Positions 19,338-29,159 of a DNA stretch of 64,000 nt are shown one piece after another (the first letter of the stretch is position 1; every line of letters starts with the position of its first letter). A model generated the notes under the pieces. It was not told where the DNA came from, did not search any database, and was given only the letters and a program-made list of their open reading frames with translations. The translations under genes were made by a program, and so were the position numbers. The DNA is from Myxococcota bacterium (GTDB lineage Bacteria > Myxococcota_A > SURF-8): positions 2,176,001-2,240,000 of the forward strand of contig CAXXQS010000001.1 in NCBI GenBank assembly GCA_963674735.2. The letters run 5' to 3'.

Positions 19338-22274
19338 CTATTCGTCACGGGAAAGGCATTGCAGGAGATCGTTGGGGGTATAGGGTTTCTGAATGAAACC
19401 TGCCAGGTTTCGCTCGGAAAATCGCTCGGCCATGTCCTCCTGGGCATAACCGCTGCACAGGTAGATTCGGGCGTCGGCTTTAATGGATTGAATCTCCTGT
19501 ATCGCCTGCTCACCGTCCATAACCGGCATCGTGAGGTCGAGAATGATGGCGCTGATGGTTTCGCCATAGCGCCGAACATTATCAACGGCTTCCTTGCCGT
19601 TCATGGCGGTCAACACTCTGTACCCACTTCGACTCAATGTTTTAAATGCCAAGCGCAGAAGCAGTTCTTCGTCATCAACCACCAGGATCGTTCGCTTGCC
19701 CCCTCTGGCTTGATCGACAAGCGCCCTGCTCTTTGTCGCATGTTTCACAGTGGCAGATTCGGACGCAGCCACCACCGGAAAAAACACTTTGACGGACGTT
19801 CCTTGTCGCGGAGCGCTCTCGACTTCGATCCCACCATGGTGGCCCCGCACAATGCCCATAACAGCCGCCAGTTCAAGGCCTCGCCCGGTGAATTTGGTCG
19901 AGAAAAACGGGTCGAACATGCGCGACTTCGTTCTCGCATCCATCCCGATGCCATCGTCCCTTATCTCCAACTCAACATAATCCCCGGCTTTGATTTCCGG
20001 ATCTCCCGGTTTTTCTTCCCATTCACCCACTTCGAGATACCTGAGCTTCATTGAAAGCGAGATTTTCCCAAATGGTTTTTCAATGGCTTCAACGGCATTG
20101 TTCAGCAGGCTTAACACGACCTTCCTCAATTGAAGGCCATCGGAAAGCACCATGGGAAGACCCGACGATAAATCCATGGTCAACTCGATTTTCGGCCCCG
20201 TCATTTCCCGCATAACCGGTTCCAGATTCGAGACAATCGACGACAAATCGGTTGGAATTAAAACAAAACTTCCTCGACCGGAATAGGCCAGCATCTGCTT
20301 TGAAAGTTCGGCCGCCCGTTTGGCAGCATCCTCCAGATCTTCCAAAGTCTCGATCTGATCCGATCCCTCCGCCAAACTCATTCGCATCAGGCTGGCGTTG
20401 CCGATAATGCCCGTCAGCAAATTATTGAAATCATGAGCAATGGCCCCTGCCATTTTAGACAGGCTTTCAAGCCGCAGGTTGTCCTGTAGCTTCTGTTCCA
20501 TCAAGCGCCGTTCCTGTTCGGCCATCTTCCGCTCGGTTACATCGCGACTGACTCCCTGAATCGCGATCAATTTCCCCTTATCGTCGCTCAGCAATATCGT
20601 GGCGACCTCAACCCAAGGCCGGTAACCGTCTTTGTGAATATGTTGAAGTTCGACCGTTACTGCATTTTCACGCAGAGATCCATTGCGGCTTTCAGAAATG
20701 GTCTGCTGGAGCATGGACGCTGCGGTACGGAACGATTCGGGAGTCAGAACGCCTTCGATCCTCCGACCGATCAGTTCTTCGGGCGTATATCCAAGCAATG
20801 TTTCGACCGATGGACTGATGAAGGTAAACCGACCGACCAAATCCATAGCCCAAATGACGTCCTGTGTGTTTTCCATCAACAAACGGAGTTTCCGTTCGCT
20901 ATCCAGAAGCGCACCTTGCATTATTTCCGTTTCGTGGATTTGCCGGTTAAGTCGTCCGATCGTCTGGCTGAGTTCTTCCGTACGCTCTTCAACGGCCGTT
21001 TCCAGAATCTGATTCTGGTGTTCTTGAACCAGGCGCAGGCGATCGGCCATGGCCAATGCCCACAACAGTCCGGCGATCAGAAAGCTTAATGAAAATCCGT
21101 GTCGAACCATTGGGCTCAGAGAAATAAACCCCAAGATTCCCAACATAAATATCACACCTGTTACAGCAAACGGCAACCACGAAGCTAAAACATATCGCGC
21201 AGTTGGCTGACCGTCACGCCAGGCACGCCAACTGGCGTAAACCAGTAAAACTAAAGCCACAATGGCCAATGCCGACATTAACCCATTCGTGTAACGAAAA
21301 TGTATAAGTGAAACTGCGGCGCCCACCACACCAAAACGACCTATCCAGGTAATCGCTCGATCGAGCAACGGCTGCCGGACAGCCATATCGAGAATAAGTC
21401 TGAAAAACCAGGCACCAAAGAAGACCATCAGACCACTAAAAGCCAAGTTCGAATGATTGGCCCACCAAACCGCTTCCGGCCATAGATAGGCGTGTAACAC
21501 CCCCAACATTCCAGTAAAATATAATCCTGCAAAAAACAGGAACAAGCAGAAAGCCAGAAGATAGGTTTCACGCAGAACGGAAAAAATCAGCAAATGATAA
21601 AAGCCCAGGATCACCAAGCCGCCGATGAACAATCCGATCATGATCAGCGAAGTCATGCTGCCGGTGGTATAGGCGACAGGTCGCCAAAGCGTAACATCGA
21701 CGGACAAGCTGGTTTCGGTAGCCAATCGCATGTACAACGTAATCGGCTTGTTACCCGTCAAAAGGACCGGTACAACATGCTCATAGAACTTTATTTCTTT
21801 CTGCGACTGCGGCACACCGAGACCGTTTCGAGTGCAATCGTATCCCCCCTTATCGTTTGGAAAATACACATCGAAGTGCTTCATCAAGCCGGTATTGTTC
21901 ACCAATAACCACTCACCATCACCTGCGGCACGTGCATCCAGTGTAATGCGAGCCCAGACAGCCGAAGCCGACACGCCGAAGTTTGGTCGATTGGATGTAG
22001 ACGGGACAAAGCGATCCGAATAAGACGGGTCGCTCACCATTTCGATGTTCAGAGTGGATTCGGGATCCTCAAAAAGGTCCAGATACATCCCCAATGGAAG
22101 TTGCTGTGTACCAGGCAGCAGCTTCACCGTGGCTTCGGCATGAGCATGCTCGATTCCACCGACACTCAGACAAGCCAGGAATACGATTAAACCGGCGAAC
22201 AAAACTCTGTAAAGAGACTGGACACGAAGCATCCGCGTATACGGATTTTTCAGTTTGGAAGGGACTGCGCTCAT
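19338..22274 (-). CDS. Hybrid sensor histidine kinase (7TM-DISM extracellular + 7TM, PAS, HisKA, HATPase, REC)
   Basis: NFGVSASAVW DISMED2 motif; 7 TM helices; PAS; AHDFNNLL H-box; FDPFFSTK; C-terminal receiver. Start uncertain (22274 or 22232). Confidence 0.9.
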   Translation of the reverse strand: MSAVPSKLKNPYTRMLRVQSLYRVLFAGLIVFLACLSVGGIEHAHAEATVKLLPGTQQLPLGMYLDLFEDPESTLNIEMVSDPSYSDRFVPSTSNRPNFGVSASAVWARITLDARAAGDGEWLLVNNTGLMKHFDVYFPNDKGGYDCTRNGLGVPQSQKEIKFYEHVVPVLLTGNKPITLYMRLATETSLSVDVTLWRPVAYTTGSMTSLIMIGLFIGGLVILGFYHLLIFSVLRETYLLAFCLFLFFAGLYFTGMLGVLHAYLWPEAVWWANHSNLAFSGLMVFFGAWFFRLILDMAVRQPLLDRAITWIGRFGVVGAAVSLIHFRYTNGLMSALAIVALVLLVYASWRAWRDGQPTARYVLASWLPFAVTGVIFMLGILGFISLSPMVRHGFSLSFLIAGLLWALAMADRLRLVQEHQNQILETAVEERTEELSQTIGRLNRQIHETEIMQGALLDSERKLRLLMENTQDVIWAMDLVGRFTFISPSVETLLGYTPEELIGRRIEGVLTPESFRTAASMLQQTISESRNGSLRENAVTVELQHIHKDGYRPWVEVATILLSDDKGKLIAIQGVSRDVTERKMAEQERRLMEQKLQDNLRLESLSKMAGAIAHDFNNLLTGIIGNASLMRMSLAEGSDQIETLEDLEDAAKRAAELSKQMLAYSGRGSFVLIPTDLSSIVSNLEPVMREMTGPKIELTMDLSSGLPMVLSDGLQLRKVVLSLLNNAVEAIEKPFGKISLSMKLRYLEVGEWEEKPGDPEIKAGDYVELEIRDDGIGMDARTKSRMFDPFFSTKFTGRGLELAAVMGIVRGHHGGIEVESAPRQGTSVKVFFPVVAASESATVKHATKSRALVDQARGGKRTILVVDDEELLLRLAFKTLSRSGYRVLTAMNGKEAVDNVRRYGETISAIILDLTMPVMDGEQAIQEIQSIKADARIYLCSGYAQEDMAERFSERNLAGFIQKPYTPNDLLQCLSRDE

Positions 22275-22747
22275 TGCCTGCCGTGTTGATTGAACCGTTC
22301 TTCGACGTGAATAAAAACCTAACAAGAACTCATCCACCGGACAAGTTATTATAATCGGCCGAAATTCTGGAATCTTTACAAAAGAGAGCCCATCAATCTA
22401 TCGCGAAACGTCAAGTAAAACCAGTAAAATGCCAAACTTTTCTCTCCGATGAGTCCATTTCCCTTTTCCAATCCGACCCGTGTTGTCATTTGGCTCCCTA
22501 CTCTCACCTGTGAAATCCAGCAGATCGCAAGACGGTATCAACACTTTACCAACACATTGCCAACATACTATCCACAGCTAAATCTGCCGGTGAATTCGGG
22601 ATTATAAACAAGATATCAACATCAACGACGCTTGACCGCATGTGATTACAAAGATTTAGTGGTTTTTTTTAATTATTTTCTAGCACTTCTCTGCTTGGAT
22701 CTGAATGCTGAATTGGCATATTTCAACCAAACAAGTAAGGAGTCCCA

Positions 22748-23983
22748 ATGGGAACACATGAACGTATACTCGTGGTGGAAGATGATGAAGATATCCTCGA
22801 ACTGCTGGACTTCAACCTCAGTGAAAAAGGCTATCAAGTCATCAAAGCCACGGATGGCGATACCGCCCTCACTCAAATCCAATACGGTAGTCCGGATCTG
22901 GTCGTCCTCGATCTGATGCTTCCAAAGCGCAATGGGTTGGAAGTCTGCCGACTCATGCATGAAAACCCTCAAACGCGTGACATACCCGTAATTATGCTGA
23001 CGGCGAAGACGGAGGAACGGGATATCGTTGCAGGATTGGAGATGGGCGCGGTGGACTACGTGACCAAGCCGTTTCGCTTTTCGGAGTTGCTGGCCCGTAT
23101 TCAGCGTCAACTGGACATCGCCCAGCAACGCCGGAAACTGACCCACCGTGTTGAAACGATCCAGCAACGCGCAAATGACACGTCGAAAAAGCTGATTCAA
23201 TCCGAGCGACTGGCCAGTTTGGGCATGTTGGCGGCAGGCATCACCCACGAGGTCAATAACGTCAACGTCTATCTGGGTGGCTACGCTCAGCTACTCAAAC
23301 GAATCGTCCCGGATATCATGCATTTGCTCGAACAAACTTCTTCCCCGGGCATCGAAAAAATCGATCAGGTTTCAAAAAGTCTGGATGCCTACACGGAAAG
23401 CATTCTCAGTGGCAGCCAGCGTATCAACGACATCATGAAAACCATTCGCGATTATAGCTCGAAAGAAGGGCCGGACAGCGTCCCTTTGAAAGCCGTTCCG
23501 ATTCATTCCATCGTTGAAAGCGTGATCGATCTCACTCGAAGTCGCTACAAACATCATGCTGAAATCCGAACGGATATTCCAGCCGATCTGACCGGTTTCA
23601 TCAACCGCCAGTTGCTGGAGCAGATCCTCGTCAATCTGGTAATCAATGCAGCCGACGCCATCGCGGAACGTCAACAGCAGGAATGCGGATTTCGGGGACA
23701 AATCTCCATCCAAGCCGAAGCAAACGCCGAACGAATCCGTATCCGCATCACCGATAACGGAATCGGGATGGATGACGCCATTCAAGCGAAGATGTATGAC
23801 GCATTCTTCACCACCAAGAAAGAAGGCAAAGGAACGGGGCTCGGATTGGGCATCGTGAAAGAACTCACGAACCGCTTGAAAGGCTCGATTCGGTTTACCA
23901 GCACTCCGATGGCTGGAACAACCTTCGTCCTGTCTCTACCTCGCTTCGAATCAACAAACGCAGAAGCGCCCGCAGCCGTGTAA
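22748..23983 (+). CDS. Response regulator-histidine kinase hybrid (REC-HisKA-HATPase)
   Basis: VVEDD, LDLMLP and KPF receiver motifs; THEVNN H-box; GTGLGL G2 box. Confidence 0.92.
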   Translation: MGTHERILVVEDDEDILELLDFNLSEKGYQVIKATDGDTALTQIQYGSPDLVVLDLMLPKRNGLEVCRLMHENPQTRDIPVIMLTAKTEERDIVAGLEMGAVDYVTKPFRFSELLARIQRQLDIAQQRRKLTHRVETIQQRANDTSKKLIQSERLASLGMLAAGITHEVNNVNVYLGGYAQLLKRIVPDIMHLLEQTSSPGIEKIDQVSKSLDAYTESILSGSQRINDIMKTIRDYSSKEGPDSVPLKAVPIHSIVESVIDLTRSRYKHHAEIRTDIPADLTGFINRQLLEQILVNLVINAADAIAERQQQECGFRGQISIQAEANAERIRIRITDNGIGMDDAIQAKMYDAFFTTKKEGKGTGLGLGIVKELTNRLKGSIRFTSTPMAGTTFVLSLPRFESTNAEAPAAV

Positions 23984-24053
23984 CGACTCATGATCGCACA
24001 TGATTCAGCGTATCGCGAAGCTTCAAGTTTTCACTTCGACCGGTTGTATCGCC

Positions 24054-25622
24054 TCACATACTTTCGTCGATCAAGCCGTGGTAGCGACCCAGCCAGTAAG
24101 CCATCAGGTAGTCTTCAGGAGAATAGACACGCTGGCGGTTTTCGGCGATGGTCTCTTGGTTGATTTCGAAAAAGTCCAATCTCCACAGGTAATTATCAAA
24201 TGGATACTCGGCCAGAGGGATCGGTTCGGCAGCGCAGGGATTATCGAGCCGACTCCGACAAACCTCGGCTTGCTCGCCTGCCGGTATGGCGCGAATGAAT
24301 TTCTCCGCAGGGAATTTTTTTAGCGTGCAAACGGCCTCGTCTACCGCCTGAGCCAGCACCGCATCATCGGGACCATCGCCGGTAAGCGCGGCATAGGCAA
24401 AGGTGAAAAACGAGTTGCCGATCTCGGCAATGCTTTGGTGCTCGGGATTCTCGGTGTGGAGCATGCCGTTACGCAGAACCTCCCGCAAACGCAATCGAAT
24501 CGCGGGATCGTCCTCCGCGCGCAGCAGCGGGTACATGGCCTGATAGCACATATCGAAGTTGTCATAATTCTGCTTGCAATCACCCAGGAAAAGCGATAAA
24601 CGCGCTTCCATCGCGTCAAGATACGACCCCAGGTTCAGCCCCGTCACGATCCCGTCGTTGTCGATCTCGGGACATTCCACATCATCGCGTGTCTGCATCA
24701 GGCAGCCGTGGTAAAAGGCGTCCAACTCTTCATCACCCAGGTTTTCAGCGGCCACCTTGACCCAACTCGACGCCAAAAGCGCATTGAAGCCGGGGTAGTC
24801 ATCCAAAGCGGTGTAGAACAGCCGTCCATGTTCGGTCACGATTCCGTCTGCGTCGATGAGTTGCAGTCCATTGGGCACCAGATGCTCGACCACGATCTCC
24901 TGCACGCGCTGGCGGATATCATCCAGCAAGGCTTCATCGGTAAAATGTTCGAGCGCAATGGCATAACCGAACATCAAACCGGCATAGCCGTCTTTGCTGA
25001 CATCGTTTCGGTAGCGCCACCCTTCAAACCCTTCGACCGGCGAATCCGTCCAGCCGGGGTTGTCCGCAGCAACCGCCGGATAGGCGACCGCCGGATCGGC
25101 CATGCTGCGCCCATAAAGACCGACCACGCCGGTGACGCGCGTCAGATTGAGCAACGCATCCACCACGATCCGCGCATTTTGCTGGGCTTGACTCTCGCCG
25201 GTAACCGCAAATCGCAGAGCCTGCGAAGCCAAATACATCCCACTCCACAGGATCGTATTCTCGGCATGCTCGAAAAGCTCGACCGTCTGCAGGTCTTCGG
25301 CAAGCCGGATATTGCGCAACAAGCCATCCCCGGCCACGTGACGTTCGATGGCAACCTGGTCAAATTCCTGTGCTTTTTCAAGTAAAGTCGTTTCGCCGGT
25401 CACGTGATCGCAACGCGGCCAAACGAAAGGAGCCGCCTCTTCCTCTACCTCACGATCCAGATCGATATCCAGATCTCCATCGGAAACAACGGCCTCACCG
25501 TCATTTGCCGGACCGTCAACATCCGCGTCGCCATCGGAGACGCTCGAATCCGTTGAATCACAAGCACTTAAACAAACCACAGCACACAGGCAACAAGCCA
25601 ACGTCAGCCAAATCCTCACCAT
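24054..25622 (-). CDS. Lipoprotein of unknown function, probable alpha/alpha-toroid enzyme
   Basis: AAGGAG RBS; lipobox LSAC; DGD acidic linker; helical body with WSGMYLASQA, SKDGY and DYLMAYWLGRY motifs. Confidence 0.65.
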   Translation of the reverse strand: MVRIWLTLACCLCAVVCLSACDSTDSSVSDGDADVDGPANDGEAVVSDGDLDIDLDREVEEEAAPFVWPRCDHVTGETTLLEKAQEFDQVAIERHVAGDGLLRNIRLAEDLQTVELFEHAENTILWSGMYLASQALRFAVTGESQAQQNARIVVDALLNLTRVTGVVGLYGRSMADPAVAYPAVAADNPGWTDSPVEGFEGWRYRNDVSKDGYAGLMFGYAIALEHFTDEALLDDIRQRVQEIVVEHLVPNGLQLIDADGIVTEHGRLFYTALDDYPGFNALLASSWVKVAAENLGDEELDAFYHGCLMQTRDDVECPEIDNDGIVTGLNLGSYLDAMEARLSLFLGDCKQNYDNFDMCYQAMYPLLRAEDDPAIRLRLREVLRNGMLHTENPEHQSIAEIGNSFFTFAYAALTGDGPDDAVLAQAVDEAVCTLKKFPAEKFIRAIPAGEQAEVCRSRLDNPCAAEPIPLAEYPFDNYLWRLDFFEINQETIAENRQRVYSPEDYLMAYWLGRYHGLIDESM

Positions 25623-25806
25623 CGGGGGCTCCTTTCGCGGTTGAACGCCGCTATTTTAGGCGGATGGAATCGATTTGGCAAGGAGTTGATCGGATTACGC
25701 CCTTGCTCAAACCCATACCTCATCCACCGCCCACCTTTCGAGGCGTTGGATTTCCCCCCTTCACGCCTGTTCCGTGCCGCTGCCCGTCGAAGTTCGAGCG
25801 CTCGCG

Positions 25807-26016
25807 TTACTCCTCGATTCTGAACGACACCCGCATCCGAGCCCGGTAAGCCACCACGCCGCTGTCGCTGACTTTCATATCCAGTTCGGCGACTTCGGCA
25901 ACGCGCAGGTCGCGCAGGCTCTTCGCGGTCGTCATGACGGCCGTGCGGGCTGCGTCTTCCCAGGATTTTTCCGACGAACCCACGACTTCGATGATCTTGT
26001 AGACGCTCTCGTTCAT
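25807..26016 (-). CDS. Dodecin family flavin-binding protein
   Basis: VYKIIEVVGSSEKSWEDAA...YRARMRVSF; 69 aa; AGGAGG RBS. Confidence 0.9.
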   Translation of the reverse strand: MNESVYKIIEVVGSSEKSWEDAARTAVMTTAKSLRDLRVAEVAELDMKVSDSGVVAYRARMRVSFRIEE

Positions 26017-26192
26017 GGCAGTCTCCTCCTGTTGGACCGATCGTTCGGTCGATGCACACCCTCACTTTCTACTCATTGATTACAGGATAACGTCCCGTCA
26101 ATCAGCTTTCAAGCGAAATAGACGTTCTTCACTTATGATTTTTTCTGATGATCACGCGCAACAGGCAAGCACGAAAAAGCGAAAAGGCCGCG

Positions 26193-26957
26193 TCAGTCCA
26201 TGCTGAAAGAGTCGTGCTCGAAACCGCCGCGCCAACCGGCTCCGACTTCGATGAATTCCTTTGGAAAACGTTCTTTCAGAATAGCTTCGGCCGCTTCGCC
26301 GGTGCAATGGGTAGGAGCCAATCGTCGGATCTCAAGCTCGGCAAGTTGGTCGGCCGTGCCCCGAATTTCTTCCTCGCTCATGTCTTTCAAGTGAAATCCG
26401 CCCAACAGCAATTCGATGGGGCGCTCAGCCAGAGAACGAACCCGGGAAAGCATCGCCACAATGCCGGGATGCGAACAACCCACCACCGTCATCCACCCTC
26501 CCGAAAGGGCGAAGAACACCCCCTGTTCGCTGGGTCGGTCGTTAAGGCTCGGCATATCGCCCGTGGAAAAGATCCCCGGAAACAACGGGGTGACGTCGGG
26601 ACCGACTTCGCGTACCCGTCCCCCCCAAATCTGCACTTCCTGCTTGAATTCTTCGCTGAAGCCCTTCCCGAGCACCACTTCCAAGTTGGGACGAACATAC
26701 AGCAGCCGTTCCAAGCCATCGATGTGATCCCAATGTTCATGCGACAACACCACGGCGTCCAGTTGACGCGGTCGCACCTTGGCGCGTTCCATGTTCGCCA
26801 ATAGCGCTTCGGACGATTCGCCCGTATCAAAGAGCAGCAGACGCCCTTCAGTCTCGATCAAGCAGGAAAATCCCCAGCCGGAATCGTAGGCTTCAACATG
26901 GGCGCGATTGTCGTACAACACCGTTATCCGGCAAGTGGATAATGTCTCGATGGTCAT
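26193..26957 (-). CDS. MBL-fold metallohydrolase (DHPS-like subfamily)
   Basis: LFDTG, SHEHWDHIDG, GCSHPG, GGFH and PTHCTG. Confidence 0.85.
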   Translation of the reverse strand: MTIETLSTCRITVLYDNRAHVEAYDSGWGFSCLIETEGRLLLFDTGESSEALLANMERAKVRPRQLDAVVLSHEHWDHIDGLERLLYVRPNLEVVLGKGFSEEFKQEVQIWGGRVREVGPDVTPLFPGIFSTGDMPSLNDRPSEQGVFFALSGGWMTVVGCSHPGIVAMLSRVRSLAERPIELLLGGFHLKDMSEEEIRGTADQLAELEIRRLAPTHCTGEAAEAILKERFPKEFIEVGAGWRGGFEHDSFSMD

Positions 26958-26994
26958 CGCTCAATCCTTCCTATCTGCAAATCGGCAACCCCAT

Positions 26995-27414
26995 TCATTC
27001 ACCCGTTACCTGGACGTGAATCGTCCGGCGACGCGGCTTGTTATCGCAGTCCACCAACACAATCTGCTGCCAGGTTCCCAAGGGAACTCGTCCATCGACC
27101 AACGGAAACACGCGCGAGGGGCCCAACAAAGCGGCCAACACGTGGGAATAGCCGTTGCCGTCACCCCAGGCCGCATCGTGATCGTAATGCGCCTTGGGTG
27201 GTGCGATTTGTTCGAGGCTGCGTACCAGATCGCGCACCACCCCCGGCTCATACTCGATGGTTGTGACCGATCCGGTAGAGCCACCGACGAAAACGCAAAC
27301 CTGCCCGTTTTGAAAACCACTTTTCGCCACCTGATCGAGGACGTCGGAAGTGATGTCCAACACATCGATCTCGACGCTGGTCCGCTGCTCGAACGTAGCA
27401 TGATAAGTCGGCAT
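26995..27414 (-). CDS. yjbQ: YjbQ / UPF0047 family protein
   Basis: STGSVTTIEYE, YDHD...GNGYSH and LGTWQQI. Confidence 0.9.
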   Translation of the reverse strand: MPTYHATFEQRTSVEIDVLDITSDVLDQVAKSGFQNGQVCVFVGGSTGSVTTIEYEPGVVRDLVRSLEQIAPPKAHYDHDAAWGDGNGYSHVLAALLGPSRVFPLVDGRVPLGTWQQIVLVDCDNKPRRRTIHVQVTGE

Positions 27415-27626
27415 GGGGTTCCCCTCTGGAATACGTCCATAAATTTATTATCGCCCATTATTCCGCACAGTCAATCATCCATCCTGCGGATTCCGCGTTT
27501 TTTTCCATGTCAACGAAAAAAACGGCGCATCGGACGCATCGAGCGAAAAGCCACTTTGTCTTTTTGGTCCCGATTCGTCATGCTGTTTTTACGGGCCGCC
27601 GAACGGCCGAGAACAAGGAGAATGAC

Positions 27627-28244
27627 ATGGATTTTAAAGCTTTTGCGTTTTCACTTTTGACTTCGAAAAAACCGGCTGTGCTTTCCATCGGACTACTGGG
27701 TTTGATGGCGCTGGGAGCCTTGCCTTGGAACTTGCCCGCCGCTCTGCTTCTCGGAGGAATCGGCTTGGTCACTCCACTGGCGGGACGCCTGTTCGACCGT
27801 CCGAATCGCACCGTGCGAAAAGTCAAATTTCCACCCCCTTCCTGCAAACTGATGCTTGTGCTGCTGAGTTTGGCGACACAGACATTCCTCACCCTCGGTT
27901 GCCTATCCGACCATCCGTTTCTCCGAAGCGACTCGCTGGCCGCGATCTATCAAACCGCTCAACCTTACCTCATCCAGGACTGCCGCGAGCTGGCGGTCTT
28001 TCCGGGCTATCAGGTCGATTTCGGCGGAATGGATGACAGCGGCGCGATCCACGGATTCGGGGGGATTGTCGGTGGCTGCGGACGCTATGCCAAGATGGCC
28101 TGCTGGATGCCACCGAGCCAGCCTGCCGATGAAACCCACCCGCAATCCGTAACCTGTGCGGCCGTCGAAGAGTTGGCAACGGTAAACGACTTGAAACCGA
28201 ATGGAAATGGCACGAAAATTCACAATACGAAACAGGCTAAGTAG
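27627..28244 (+). CDS. Hypothetical membrane-associated protein
   Basis: AAGGAG RBS; N-terminal hydrophobic segments; Cys-containing C-terminal part; no family recognised. Confidence 0.5.
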   Translation: MDFKAFAFSLLTSKKPAVLSIGLLGLMALGALPWNLPAALLLGGIGLVTPLAGRLFDRPNRTVRKVKFPPPSCKLMLVLLSLATQTFLTLGCLSDHPFLRSDSLAAIYQTAQPYLIQDCRELAVFPGYQVDFGGMDDSGAIHGFGGIVGGCGRYAKMACWMPPSQPADETHPQSVTCAAVEELATVNDLKPNGNGTKIHNTKQAK

Positions 28245-28318
28245 CGGATTTTCTACGGTTAGCGGCGAGTTAAACTTCACATTTCGCCCGACAGAGCCGC
28301 TTTCCTGAAAATAAACGC

Positions 28319-28345
28319 TCAAGTCTCCCGGGAAATGGCCGATTT
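28319..28345 (+). promoter_or_regulatory. sigma-28 (FliA)-type promoter
   Basis: TCAA-N15-GCCGATTT versus the consensus TAAA-N15-GCCGATAA. Confidence 0.65.
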
Positions 28346-28391
28346 TGGATATAGAGGTCAAGGATGGCCAGCCCAGACAAGGAGGTCCACC

Positions 28392-28949
28392 ATGCGCATC
28401 AACCATGCAACAAGCGCACAGGCCGAGTCCGTCAAAGCAGCATACGGTATGGCTAAAACCAAAAACGAAGTGAACGCCACCGAAGCCTCCCAGCCGGTCA
28501 AAGGCGTTCAAATCGACCAGGTGCACATCCAAGACGGCATCTCCGCACAGTTCATCACCCATACGCTGATGACAAAGATCGGCAGCAAGATCGAGGCGAT
28601 GCTGGACAAAGCCGGGATCGATCCGGAAGACTACGCCGGAGTCGACATGTCGGCTGAGGCAACCTCCGATCGAATCGTGTCCTTCTCCACCGCCTTTTTC
28701 GGACTGTATCGCCAACAGCATGAAGAAATGTCGGATGAAGAAGCGATTACCGGTTTTGAAAACCTGGTTCGCACAGCGGTGGACGATGGTGCACGAGAAG
28801 CCCTGCAAATGCTGGCCACGTTTGACCTGGAGCAAGAAGCCAAACCGCTCGCTCAGCAGACCATGGACCTGGTACACACAAAACTCGATGATTTCTTCGC
28901 CGACCTTCGCAACTCCTACACTCAGCCAGAGGCGACAACCGGCGACTGA
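28392..28949 (+). CDS. DUF5610-like protein
   Basis: AAGGAGG RBS; S-A-E-A-T-S-D-R-I-V-S-F-S-T-A-F-F helical motif. Confidence 0.65.
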   Translation: MRINHATSAQAESVKAAYGMAKTKNEVNATEASQPVKGVQIDQVHIQDGISAQFITHTLMTKIGSKIEAMLDKAGIDPEDYAGVDMSAEATSDRIVSFSTAFFGLYRQQHEEMSDEEAITGFENLVRTAVDDGAREALQMLATFDLEQEAKPLAQQTMDLVHTKLDDFFADLRNSYTQPEATTGD

Positions 28950-29159
28950 TCAACCATTCCCGCCGCGCCGGATTCTAACTTTTCGGTTGCATTTTTCAGC
29001 CTTTTCGCGTACATCTCCCCGACGGGGCAAGCTTTAAGGGAAGATCCCGCAAGGGTATCTGCTCTTGGAGTTTGAGCAATGGGTCGGCTTGAGATTAGCT
29101 GACCATTGTGTTATATAACGGAAATTGACTTTTGTCCGGATGTACTCAAGGAGGCCCCT

